A stretch of DNA of 64,000 nt from an uncultured Gemmatimonadales bacterium (lineage in GTDB: Bacteria > Gemmatimonadota > Gemmatimonadetes > Longimicrobiales > RSA9). Each line of letters starts with the position of its first letter. The first letter of the stretch is position 1. Under the pieces are notes generated by a model. The model saw only the letters and a program-made list of their open reading frames with translations, was not told the origin of the DNA and searched no databases. The translations under genes were made by a program, and so were the position numbers. Below are positions 1 to 8,800 of this stretch, one piece after another. The stretch is taken from the NCBI GenBank assembly GCA_963816355.1, contig CAWFKH010000003.1, positions 480,001 to 544,000 on the forward strand, given 5' to 3'.

Positions 1-29
1 AGGGCGATTAGGAGGCTCAGCAGTCGCAT
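1..29 (-). CDS. 5' end of a gene running off the window; signal-peptide-like N-terminus (MRLLSLLIA...)
   Basis: Minus-strand ATG at 29-27 with AGGA upstream and a good sigma70-like promoter at 97-69; hydrophobic start. Only 9 full codons visible. Confidence 0.55.
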
Positions 30-68
30 TCGTGTCGTCCTGAATTGGTTATGTCCATGTCCGGCCCG

Positions 69-97
69 ACTATAAGGGCGGTCCACCGTGCCCACAA
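69..97 (-). promoter_or_regulatory. sigma70-type promoter TTGTGG-17-TATAGT
   Basis: CCACAA at 92-97 and ACTATA at 69-74 on + strand, 17-bp spacer, AT-rich against the background. Confidence 0.55.
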
Positions 98-403
98 CTG
101 AGGCGTTCGTGCGCGCCCGACTCGCGGCCGCGGCCCGCTCTTTATTGAACGCGGCTGCCCGGCCGAGGTTCCACCCCGGCCGGCATGCGGAAAGATGTGT
201 TCACCGCTCCGCAAGATGTAGCGACACCGGAGTAGGTCACGAGGCGTCGGTTTTCTGACACGCCCGTGCGGAATCGGGACTCCGGGCCGCATGCACCGGG
301 CACGGGCCGAGCCGCTTCGGCGCGGCCCGCAATGTGCCACGAAGTGGGCAAAACGCGGGAGCCCAGGGCCGCTTTCAGACCGAGTGCCTACCCGGAGGCA
401 GGA

Positions 404-1777
404 ATGAAAGGGTCCGATCCGATCTCGACGGCCGTCGCGCCGTTGGATGTTCGAACCTTCGACGACACCGAACCGCCCCGAACCGCCCCGTCGCGATCGA
501 TGAGGCGCTTCGCGACGTCGTTTCGGCGCGCGTGCGCGGGGCGCCTGCGGCGCCTGGGTCGCTCCGAGCGCGGCAGCGTCCTCGTCCTCGTGGCCCTGAC
601 CGGCAGCGTGATCGTCGCCTTCGCCGCGCTGGCGATCGACGTCGGCATGCTCATGACGGCCCGTGACGAGGCGCAGCGGGCGGCGGACGCGGCGGCGCTC
701 GCGGGCGCGAGCGCTTTTCTCGACACGCCCTCCCAGTTCGCGGTCGACCCGGCGAAGGAGCGGGCGCGGCTGAACCTCGGCCAGAACACCGTCCGCAACG
801 CACCGATCGACACCGCCGTCCTCGCCTCGACAGCGGAGGTCGACTCGCTGCAGGAGGCGGTCGTCGAGGCGATTCCGTCTCAGTATCGCGTACGCGTGAC
901 GGTGCGTCGCCCGCTGCTGCAGCTCTGGTTCGCCCGCATCTTCGGCGTCGACGCGTGGGGCGTGAGCGCCACGGCGACCGCCGAGGCGACCGACGCCGGT
1001 GCGGCCGACTGCGTCAAGCCGTTCGCGGTCCCGGACGCCTGGTACGACGCGAACGAGGACACGAACCTCAACCACGTCTGGGATCCGGGCGAGGCGTGGG
1101 TCTTCGGTGACTCTCCGGGCGACCGCTACGAACAGGCGCTCTCCGACGGCAGCAACTCCGCTTCCGCCACCGGCTACGGCAGCGACTTCCGCTCCGACTA
1201 CGTCAGCGACTTCGGCCGCGAGGTCACCCTCAAGGTGACCGATCCGAACGACGTGCAGCAGATGGCGCCCTCGATCTTCCTGCCGTGGCGCATGCCGAAC
1301 GACCCCAACATGGCGAAGTGCCAGCTTCCGGCGGGCGGCAAGAATGATCCGGGTGCCGCTTCCTACCGCCTGAACATCTGCTCGTGCAACACGAACCCGA
1401 TCATCATCGGCCAGCCGTATCAGGTCGAGACCGGAGACATGAAGGGGCCGACCTTCCAGGGCGTGCGTGAGCTGATCGCCGATGATCCCGACGCCACCTG
1501 GGACGCCGACCACAACCAGGTCGTCAATTCCCTCTGGGGCGACCGCTGGCGGCTCAGCCCCCGCGTCATCAAGGTCGGCGTCTTCGATCCGGGCGAGGTC
1601 GACAGCTCCGGCATGCAGACGCTCGTCTTCAACAACATCGCGCTCTTCTTCCTCGAGGGCCAGCAGAGCTCGAACTCCCCCGTTATCGGGCGCTTCCTCT
1701 ACTACGCCCAGGGCATCCCCGGCCCGAACGGGATCGCCACCGGATCGCTGCTGAAGCGCTTGCGCCTGGTGCACTGA
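404..1777 (+). CDS. TadG-like Flp/Tad pilus assembly protein (pseudopilin N-terminus, Cys-containing C-terminal domain)
   Basis: ERGSVLVLVAL...AALAIDVG...AQRAADAAALAGA is the Tad N-terminal motif; GGAGG at 394-398 supports ATG 404. Confidence 0.85.
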   Translation: MKGSDPISTAVAPLDVRTFDDTEPPRTAPSRSMRRFATSFRRACAGRLRRLGRSERGSVLVLVALTGSVIVAFAALAIDVGMLMTARDEAQRAADAAALAGASAFLDTPSQFAVDPAKERARLNLGQNTVRNAPIDTAVLASTAEVDSLQEAVVEAIPSQYRVRVTVRRPLLQLWFARIFGVDAWGVSATATAEATDAGAADCVKPFAVPDAWYDANEDTNLNHVWDPGEAWVFGDSPGDRYEQALSDGSNSASATGYGSDFRSDYVSDFGREVTLKVTDPNDVQQMAPSIFLPWRMPNDPNMAKCQLPAGGKNDPGAASYRLNICSCNTNPIIIGQPYQVETGDMKGPTFQGVRELIADDPDATWDADHNQVVNSLWGDRWRLSPRVIKVGVFDPGEVDSSGMQTLVFNNIALFFLEGQQSSNSPVIGRFLYYAQGIPGPNGIATGSLLKRLRLVH

Positions 1778-1800
1778 CGCACGCCGGCGCGCGCCCCGCA

Positions 1801-1839
1801 TGGACCGGGCGCGCGCCTCGCGTGGACCGGGCGCGCGCC
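1801..1839. repeat. 17-bp direct repeat TGGACCGGGCGCGCGCC x2 (22-bp period)
   Basis: Copies at 1801-1817 and 1823-1839; either can pair with GGCGCGCGCCC at 1786-1796. Confidence 0.8.
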
Positions 1840-1860
1840 GGCGCGTAGGCCGGGCGGGCG

Positions 1861-1902
1861 CCTCTCGCGCGTAGTGGGTCAGCTGACCCACTACCCTCTC
1901 GC
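1861..1902. repeat. Perfect 24-bp palindrome GTAGTGGGTCAG|CTGACCCACTAC flanked by direct repeat CCTCTCGC
   Basis: Palindrome 1871-1894; CCTCTCGC at 1861-1868 and 1895-1902. Confidence 0.9.
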
Positions 1903-1910
1903 CGGCCCCC

Positions 1911-1939
1911 TTGTTCGGGGCCGGCGTTCGCGTTAGTCT
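1911..1939 (+). promoter_or_regulatory. rpsF operon promoter TTGTTC-17-TAGTCT
   Basis: -35 at 1911-1916, -10 at 1934-1939, directly upstream of the leader structure. Confidence 0.55.
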
Positions 1940-1952
1940 TCCATGCTCTACA

Positions 1953-2002
1953 GACTCCTGCCTCGTCCGTGCGGCGAGGCCACTTACGTGACCATGGGAG
2001 GC
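1953..2002 (+). promoter_or_regulatory. S6:S18-type ribosomal protein leader RNA
   Basis: CTCCT 1955-1959 pairs with the SD region GGGAG 1996-2000, enclosing hairpins GCCTCGTC/GGCGAGGC (1960-1980) and CAC-TTAC-GTG plus an unpaired ACC; position matches the known rpsF leader. Confidence 0.65.
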
Positions 2003-2005
2003 ACG

Positions 2006-2365
2006 GTGAGAGAGTACGAGATCGTCTACATCTTCGACTCGACGCTTCCGGAGGAGGCGATCGGGGACAAGCTCGAGCGCTACCACGCGCTTCTCACCGA
2101 GCCCGAAGGCGCGGAGGTCACCGCGGTGGACGCCTGGGGCAAGCGGCAGCTCGCCTACCCGATCCGCAAGAAGCCGAATGGATTCTACGTGGTTTCGCAG
2201 CTCCACACGGACGTCGATCTGCTGCCGGAGTTCGAGCGCGCCCTGAAGCTCGACGACGAGGTGCTCCGCTACCTGATCGTGCTGCACGAAGGGGAGCCGA
2301 CGGCGCCGATGTCGATCGCGACGCGGGAATCGCGCGAGGACGACGACGATCGCGAGGAGGACTAG
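2006..2365 (+). CDS. rpsF: 30S ribosomal protein S6
   Basis: REYEIVYIF...[12 protein letters not shown]...EVLRYLIV, acidic tail; GGAGG before GTG 2006. Confidence 0.97.
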   Translation: MREYEIVYIFDSTLPEEAIGDKLERYHALLTEPEGAEVTAVDAWGKRQLAYPIRKKPNGFYVVSQLHTDVDLLPEFERALKLDDEVLRYLIVLHEGEPTAPMSIATRESREDDDDREED

Positions 2366-2367
2366 CG

Positions 2368-2589
2368 ATGCAGCGGGGACAGAAGACGTGCGCGATCTGT
2401 GAGGCGGGGATCCGGCAGGTCAATTACAAGGACGACAAGACGCTTGGCCGCTTCATCACCGATCGGGGCAAGATTATGCCGCGCCGCCTGACCGGCGCGT
2501 GCGCGCGGCACCAGCGTCAGCTCACGACCGCGATCAAGCGGGCGCGCTACCTCGCGCTGCTGCCGTACATCGCGGGTCACGAAGGCTAG
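2368..2589 (+). CDS. rpsR: 30S ribosomal protein S18 (zinc-binding C+ form)
   Basis: CAIC...YKD...[18 protein letters not shown]...[12 protein letters not shown]. Confidence 0.97.
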   Translation: MQRGQKTCAICEAGIRQVNYKDDKTLGRFITDRGKIMPRRLTGACARHQRQLTTAIKRARYLALLPYIAGHEG

Positions 2590-2594
2590 GTCGG

Positions 2595-3521
2595 ATGGCG
2601 GCGCCCGGGAGAGGGCGCGGCTGGATGGTCATCCTGGGGCTGGCGCTGAGCGCGGCGACGCTCTCCGTCGTCCCTCCCGTGCTGCTCATCTTCGTGCCGC
2701 TCGGGATCACGCTGTTGGCGCTGGCACCGGGGCGGCCGTTTCTCCAGGTCGCCGGCGTCGTGCTGCTGGCGACGCTCTTCCTGGGCACTCCCGATGGCCG
2801 CGTCTGGTACGCCGAGCGGGGATGGGCGCTGACGCTGGGCGCCTGGTTCGTACTGGCGAGCGCGCTGCGGCCGCGGTGGCGCTTCCTGTCGCGGTCGCTC
2901 GCCAGCGTGGGGGCGTCGGCGGCGACGGTGGCGGCGATCTTCGCGGCGCGCGGGGGCTGGCGGCCGCTGGACGACGCGATCGGCCGGCGCTTCCGCGAGA
3001 GCGCGGCGCAGGTGGAGGCGCTGTGGCGGCAGGCGGGGCTCGGCAACTGGGCGCAGGAGCTGGCGAGCGCGGCATCGCGGGCCGCCGAGATGCAGGCGGT
3101 GCTCTACCCGGCGTTGCTGGCGCTAGCCTCGGTTGCGGCGCTCGGCGTCGCGTGGTGGGGCTACGGCCGGCTCGTGGGGGCGGAAGGCGAGCCGCTCGGA
3201 GCGCTGCGGGACTTCCGTTTCCGGGACGAGCTGGTGTGGCTGGCGATCGCGGGTCTTCTGCTGGCGCTGCTTCCCCTCGGCGCGGCCGCCGGCCGGATCG
3301 GCGAGAACCTGCTCGTCGTGATGGCGGCGCTGTACGCCGTGCGCGGCAGCGGCGTGCTGCTGTCGATGGTGCGCAAGCCGAGCCCGCTGGGGGCGGTGGT
3401 GGCGGCGCTTCTGTTGTTGCTGCTCTACCCGTTCGTCATGGGGGCGGCGCTGGTGGTGGGGCTTTCGGATACGTGGCTCGACTTCCGCACGCGGCGCGGC
3501 GAGGCGGGCGGAGCATCGTGA
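2595..3521 (+). CDS. DUF2232/YybS-family membrane protein
   Basis: Multi-TM protein between rpsR and rplI ending GLSDTWLDFR. Confidence 0.8.
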   Translation: MAAPGRGRGWMVILGLALSAATLSVVPPVLLIFVPLGITLLALAPGRPFLQVAGVVLLATLFLGTPDGRVWYAERGWALTLGAWFVLASALRPRWRFLSRSLASVGASAATVAAIFAARGGWRPLDDAIGRRFRESAAQVEALWRQAGLGNWAQELASAASRAAEMQAVLYPALLALASVAALGVAWWGYGRLVGAEGEPLGALRDFRFRDELVWLAIAGLLLALLPLGAAAGRIGENLLVVMAALYAVRGSGVLLSMVRKPSPLGAVVAALLLLLLYPFVMGAALVVGLSDTWLDFRTRRGEAGGAS

Positions 3522-3534
3522 GGAGAGAGGAACG

Positions 3535-3996
3535 ATGAAGACGACGAAGGTGATCCTCCGGGAGACGATCGAGAAGCTCGGCGACGAAGGCGAGGTCGTG
3601 AGCGTCCGCCCGGGCTACGCGCGCAACTACCTCCTTCCGCACGGCTTCGCCTACGAGGCGACGGAAGGCAACCTGCAGCGGCTGGAGGAAGAGCGGCGTC
3701 GGAAGGCGGAGGTGGCGCGGCGTGATCTGCTGGAGGCGAAGCGGCGCGCGGCGGCGCTGGAGGCGATCTCGATGACGTTTCACGCGCGGGCGGGGGAGGA
3801 GTCGAAGCTGTTCGGTTCGATTACCGCTTCCGACATCGCGGAACGGCTTTCGGAGCAGGGCCTCGATTTCGACGTGGACCGGCGCGACATCGACCTCGAG
3901 GAGCCGATCAAGAGCCTGGGCGTCTATTCGGTGCCGGTGAAGCTGCACGCGGAGGTCCGGCCCGAGATCAAGGTCTGGGTGGTGAAGGAGGAGTAG
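3535..3996 (+). CDS. rplI: 50S ribosomal protein L9
   Basis: KVILRE...LGDEGEVVSVRPGYARNYLLP...KLFGSIT. Confidence 0.98.
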   Translation: MKTTKVILRETIEKLGDEGEVVSVRPGYARNYLLPHGFAYEATEGNLQRLEEERRRKAEVARRDLLEAKRRAAALEAISMTFHARAGEESKLFGSITASDIAERLSEQGLDFDVDRRDIDLEEPIKSLGVYSVPVKLHAEVRPEIKVWVVKEE

Positions 3997-4000
3997 GCGG

Positions 4001-4384
4001 GTGGGTGAGCCGAACTTGTCGCAATCCCTTTCGCCGCCCGCCGACACCCCCGCGGAAGTGACGCGCGCCGCGGAGGTGGCGTGCGATCGCAAGGCGCGCG
4101 ACGTTCTTCTGCTGGACCTGCGCGGCATCTCCAACGCGACCGATTTCTTCCTCATCGCGAGCGGCACGTCGGACCTTCACGTGCGCTCGATCGCGGACAA
4201 CATCATCGAGCGGTTGAAGGCGGACGACGTGCGACCGGACCATGTGGAAGGCCTGAAGGGCGGACACTGGGTGCTGATCGACTACGTCGACTTCGTGGTT
4301 CACGTCTTCCATCCGGCGGCCCGCGACTTCTACCAGCTCGAGCGGCTCTGGGGCGACGCGCCCGCGTATCCGATCGAGGACTGA
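4001..4384 (+). CDS. rsfS: ribosome silencing factor RsfS
   Basis: DFFLIASG...WVLIDYVDFVVHVF...RDFYQLERLWGDA. Confidence 0.95.
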   Translation: MGEPNLSQSLSPPADTPAEVTRAAEVACDRKARDVLLLDLRGISNATDFFLIASGTSDLHVRSIADNIIERLKADDVRPDHVEGLKGGHWVLIDYVDFVVHVFHPAARDFYQLERLWGDAPAYPIED

Positions 4385-4524
4385 GGGCGCACGTCGAGGA
4401 GCGAGGCCGCCGGGCCGCCGGGGCTTTTGCCGCCCGGCCGGCCGCCTTATGATTCCACCTTCAAAGCCGTGAGGCGAGCGCCGCGCGCCGTGACGCGTCG
4501 CATCCTACCCCGTCCGCGAAGTCC

Positions 4525-5895
4525 GTGATGGCCGAAGCCTGGCAACGCGTCGTCGCCTTCGACCCGGCGGCGGAACCGGTTCCCCCGCCTCTCGATGACC
4601 TCGTGCGTCGTGCGGCCGGCGAGGCGTCGGCGCTACTGATCGTCGCGGGCGGGCAGGCGCACGCCGACGGCTGGGCGGCGGCCGCCGCGGCGCGGATCGC
4701 GCGCGAGCTCGCGCGCGCGGGACGCCGCGTCGTCCTTGCCGACGCCGCCTTCGAGGATCCCCGTCTCACCTCCTTCCTGGCGCCGGACGCGGACGGCGAA
4801 GGCCTGATCGAGGCGTTGCTCTACGGCGCATCGCTCGACCACGTCGGAAGGGTGCTCCCGGACGAGCCGTTCGAGCTGGCTCCGGCGGGAACGGCATACC
4901 CGGACGTGGGCGTTCTGCTCTTCTCGCCCGCGTGGTCGACGCTCCTGGATACGGCTGCGGCCGAGGGCGCGACGGTGGCCGTCTACGCACCGGCGTCGGC
5001 GCCGGGCGTTTCCGGACTCGCCGGGCGTATCGGAAGCGTCGTCGTGCTCGCGACGGCCGCCGAGGCGGAGCGCATCGTGAGCCTGCTGCCGCCCGACGCC
5101 GGCGTGGAGGCGGTGCTGTCGCCGGCTCCGGCGCCGACGCCGGCGCCGGCGCCGGGCGCGCCGCCTCGAGCGGGCGTGCCCGAGGCGACCGAGGCCCGCG
5201 CCGAGGGTGCGGCGGCTGCTCCGGAGCGGGGCGGGGGAGGGCTGCCGTTCCGCATCGCGCTCGCCGTGGCGCTCGTGCTCGCGGCGGCATGGTTCGGCTG
5301 GGACCGCTGGGGGAGGGACGACGCTCGGCAGAGCGCGCCGGTGGACGACGCGGCGCCGGCGGCGGACAGCGCGGCGGAGGCGGCCGCCGCGGCGGAGGGC
5401 ACACCGCTGCCTTACTCCGTAGCGGTGGAGTCGTATCCGGACACGGCCGAAGCGCTGCGACGCGCCGACGTGCTGCGGGGAAGGGAACCGGACGTGAAGT
5501 TCTTCGTGGCGCCGATTCTCCTGGACAGCGTCGTCTATTATCGCGTGATGGCGGGGCCGCTGGCCGACAGCGCATCGGCGGCGGCGCTGATGCGGCAGCT
5601 CGTCGCGCGCGGCGTCAAGAACGGTCCCGACGACTGGTCGGTGCGGCCGACGCCGTGGGCGTTCCAGGTCGGCGAGGACGCGCCAATGGAGGAGGCGCTC
5701 GCACGGGTGGCGTCGCTGCGCGAGCGCGGTGTGCCGGCCTACGTCGTGACGACGGGGCTGGCGGACGGCGAGACCTACCGGGTGTACGCGGGCGCGTTCG
5801 AAGGTCCCGCGCTGGCCGATCTGATGGGGAAGATGCTGCAGCAGGCCGGGGTCGACGCGCGCCTGGTCCGACGCACTGGACGCGCACCGGAATGA
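4525..5895 (+). CDS. membrane-anchored SPOR-domain protein with degenerate N-terminal MinD/CpsD-like fold
   Basis: LARAGRRVVLADA..EDPRL N-terminal motif, Pro/Ala linker, one TM helix, two SPOR-like repeats (YYRVMAGPL, YRVYAGAF). Confidence 0.7.
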   Translation: MMAEAWQRVVAFDPAAEPVPPPLDDLVRRAAGEASALLIVAGGQAHADGWAAAAAARIARELARAGRRVVLADAAFEDPRLTSFLAPDADGEGLIEALLYGASLDHVGRVLPDEPFELAPAGTAYPDVGVLLFSPAWSTLLDTAAAEGATVAVYAPASAPGVSGLAGRIGSVVVLATAAEAERIVSLLPPDAGVEAVLSPAPAPTPAPAPGAPPRAGVPEATEARAEGAAAAPERGGGGLPFRIALAVALVLAAAWFGWDRWGRDDARQSAPVDDAAPAADSAAEAAAAAEGTPLPYSVAVESYPDTAEALRRADVLRGREPDVKFFVAPILLDSVVYYRVMAGPLADSASAAALMRQLVARGVKNGPDDWSVRPTPWAFQVGEDAPMEEALARVASLRERGVPAYVVTTGLADGETYRVYAGAFEGPALADLMGKMLQQAGVDARLVRRTGRAPE

Positions 5896-8800
5896 AGCTC
5901 CGCAGGCTCACGCTCCACGGCTTCAAGTCGTTCGCCGACCGCACCGATCTCCGTTTCCACGATGGCATCACCGCCATCGTCGGTCCGAACGGCTGCGGCA
6001 AGTCCAACATCAGCGATGCGATTCGCTGGGTCCTGGGAGAGCAGCGCGCTTCGGCGATCCGAAGCTCGCGCATGGACGAGGCGATCTTCCAGGGGACGAG
6101 CGACCGCCGCCGGCTGAACCGCGCCGAGGTCGAGCTGGGCTTCGAGAACGAGGACCGCCGTCTCGCCGTGCCGTACGACGAGGTCGAGATCCGGCGTACG
6201 GTCTTTCGCGAGGGCGGCAGCGACTACGAGCTGAATCGCAGCAGCGTTCGGCTGCGCGACATCCTCGAAATCTGCCGCGACACCGGTCTCGGCGCCAACG
6301 CCTACACGATCATCGAACAGGGGATGGTCGACGCGATCCTCTCCGACCGCACGGAGGATCGCCGCAACCTGTTCGAGGAGGCCGCCGGCGTCGGCCGCTA
6401 CAAGGACCGCCGCGGCGCGGCGCAGCGCCGCCTCGAGGCGACCGAGGGCGATCTCGCCCGCCTCGACGACATCATCGCCGAGGTCGGCTCGAAGGTGCGC
6501 GCGCTCGCTCGCCAGCGGCGGCGGGCGGAGCAGCACCGCGAGTTGCGCGCCCGCCGTCTGGCGGTCGAGATCGCGGTCGCGCGCGCGGACCTCGCGGAGG
6601 TCGAGGCGGAGCTGGCGGCGGTCTCCGCGCGGTTGGGCGACGTCGCGAGCGAGGATCCGGCGGCGCGCACCGCGCTCAGCACGGCGGAGACGGAGCTCGA
6701 GCGGCGTCGGCTGGCGGCGGTGGAGGCGAGCCGCGTCCGCAACGCCACGGCGGAGCGGCTGGAAGGCGCGAACCGCGAGATTGCGTCCCTGGAGCGGGAG
6801 CTCGCGGTGGCGGCGGAGCGGCGGACCCACGCGCTGCGACGGCTGGAACAGATCGAGGCCGAGCGCTCCGACCTCACGGCGCGGCGTTCGACGCTGGAGG
6901 AGGAGGGCGTTGCGCTCGAAGCGGAGCGCGACATCCAGCGTGGCGAGACGGACGCGCTGGCGGCGCGGCTGGACGAGGTGCAGGTGCGGCTGCAGGAGCG
7001 ACGTCGTCTGCTGGTCGAATCGCGTCAGGAGGACGAGCGGCTGCGGGCGCGCGAGGAGGAGCTCTCGCGCAAGATGACGCGGGCGCAGGCGGAGGCGGCG
7101 GGGGCGGACGCGCGCGCCACGGAGTTGAAACGGCGCCTGGAGCGGATCGACCGCGAGCGGGAGGAGCTGGAGGGAGAGCTCGTGCGGCTCGACGAGCAGG
7201 GCGACCTCTTCGCATCGCGCACGCGGGAAACCGCCGCGGCGATGACGGAGCTGGAGGAGCAGCGCGAGCAGGCGTCGGTGCGGCTGGAGGCGCTGCGCCG
7301 CGAGGAGGCGGAGGCGCGTCGCCATCTCGTCGAGGCGGAGGACCGGGCGAACCTGCTCGCGACCCGGCACGCCACGCTGGAGTCGCTCGACCGCGAGTTC
7401 CACGGCTTCGCGCCGACCGTCGCCGCGCTGCTCACCCGGCGCGGCGACGTGGACGGGCTGCTCGGGCCGGTGGCGGAGTTCCTCGAGCTGGACGAGGCTC
7501 GGGCGGCTCAGGTGGAGGCGTCGCTCAAGTCGCTGTTGCAGGTGCTCGTGGTGCACGACGACGCCGCGATCGAACGCGTGCGCGCGTTGCTCTCGGCGGA
7601 GAAGAGCTCCGAGGGTGCGGTCGCGCTGCTGCGCCTCGAGGAAGTCGCGGCGCTCGAGGAGCTGCTCGGCCACGTGCGCTTCGCGGGACGGGCGGCGGAC
7701 GAGCCGACGATCCTCGGCCGCCGCGCACGCATCGCCGCGCTCCAGGCGGAGGCGGAGACGGCGTCGGCAGAGGCGGAGGAGCGGCGCTCCGATCGCGCGC
7801 GCTTCTCCGACGCGCTCGAGGAGGCGGAGCGCGATCTGCGCGGCCTGGAGGAGCGCCTGCGGGAGCTGGACCTCGAGCTGCGGCGCGCGCACGCGGACGA
7901 AGCGGCGCGCGCGGGGCGGCAGAAGCAGGTGCACCGCAGCCGGGAAGAGCTGGAGCAGCAGAAGCGGCAGATGCAGCAGGGCAACGACCGCGGGCGGCGC
8001 GAATCGGCCAAGCTGCGTGCGCAGCAGGAGGAGCTCGTGGCGGCACTGGACGCCGTCCGCGACGAGCGGCGGGCGGCGCTCCGGCTGGTGGCGGAGCGCG
8101 AGGCCGCGTGGGACGCGCTGCGCGAGGAGGAGGCGGAGATACGCGTGCTGCACGCACGCGCCGAGAGCGCGCTCGGCGCGCTGGAGCGGCGGCTGGCGCT
8201 CACCGGCGAGAGCGTGAAGCTGGCGGGATCGCGCCTCGGCGTGCTCGGCGAGGAGGAAGCGGAGCACCGGCGGTCGCTGCAGCAGATCGAGCGTCTGGAG
8301 GAGGAGTCGCAGGGCGTCCTGGAGGGGCTCTTCGGTGCGCGCGACGAGCTCGGCCGCGAGCTGCGCGACCTCGACGAGAAAGCGGAGGCGGAGCGCCGCG
8401 CGATCGACGCGTTGGAGGCCGAGGCGCGTGCGCTGCGGCGGTCGGTCGACGAGGTGGGCGAGACGCGCCACCAGCTCGAGCTGCGCCGCTCTCACCTCGA
8501 GAACGCGGAGCGCAGCGTGCGCGAGCGGCTCGAGGCGGAGTGGGGCCGGCCCTACGACGTCCTGGCTGCGTCGGCGATGCCCGCGGAAGGCGAGGTCGAG
8601 CCGCTGCGCGAGGAGGCACGGCGGCTCGCGGCCGAGCTGGAGCGGCTCGGGCCGGTCAACCTGCTCGCGATCGAGGAGTACGAGGAAGAGCGGCAACGGC
8701 TGGAGTTCCTCACCACGCAGAGGGACGATCTGGTGCGGGCGAAGGAGGAGCTGCAGACCGCCATCCGTGAGATCAACCGCACGGCGCGAGAGCTGTTCGA

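Noticed and set aside
321..340. sigma-54-like TGGCAC on the minus strand
   Set aside because: TTGC is at the wrong spacing; the GC at the correct distance lacks the preceding TT
330..400. Possible c-di-GMP-I riboswitch before the tad gene (GGGCAAA)
   Set aside because: No GNRA-capped P2 or GACGCAAA segment follows
1786..1925. CRISPR-like array
   Set aside because: Only two short copies with a 5-nt spacer, no regular array and no cas genes in the window
4932..5891. 320-aa N-terminal extension of SMC in the ORF track
   Set aside because: Overlaps the SPOR gene in another frame; SMC homology starts at MKLRRL (5892)
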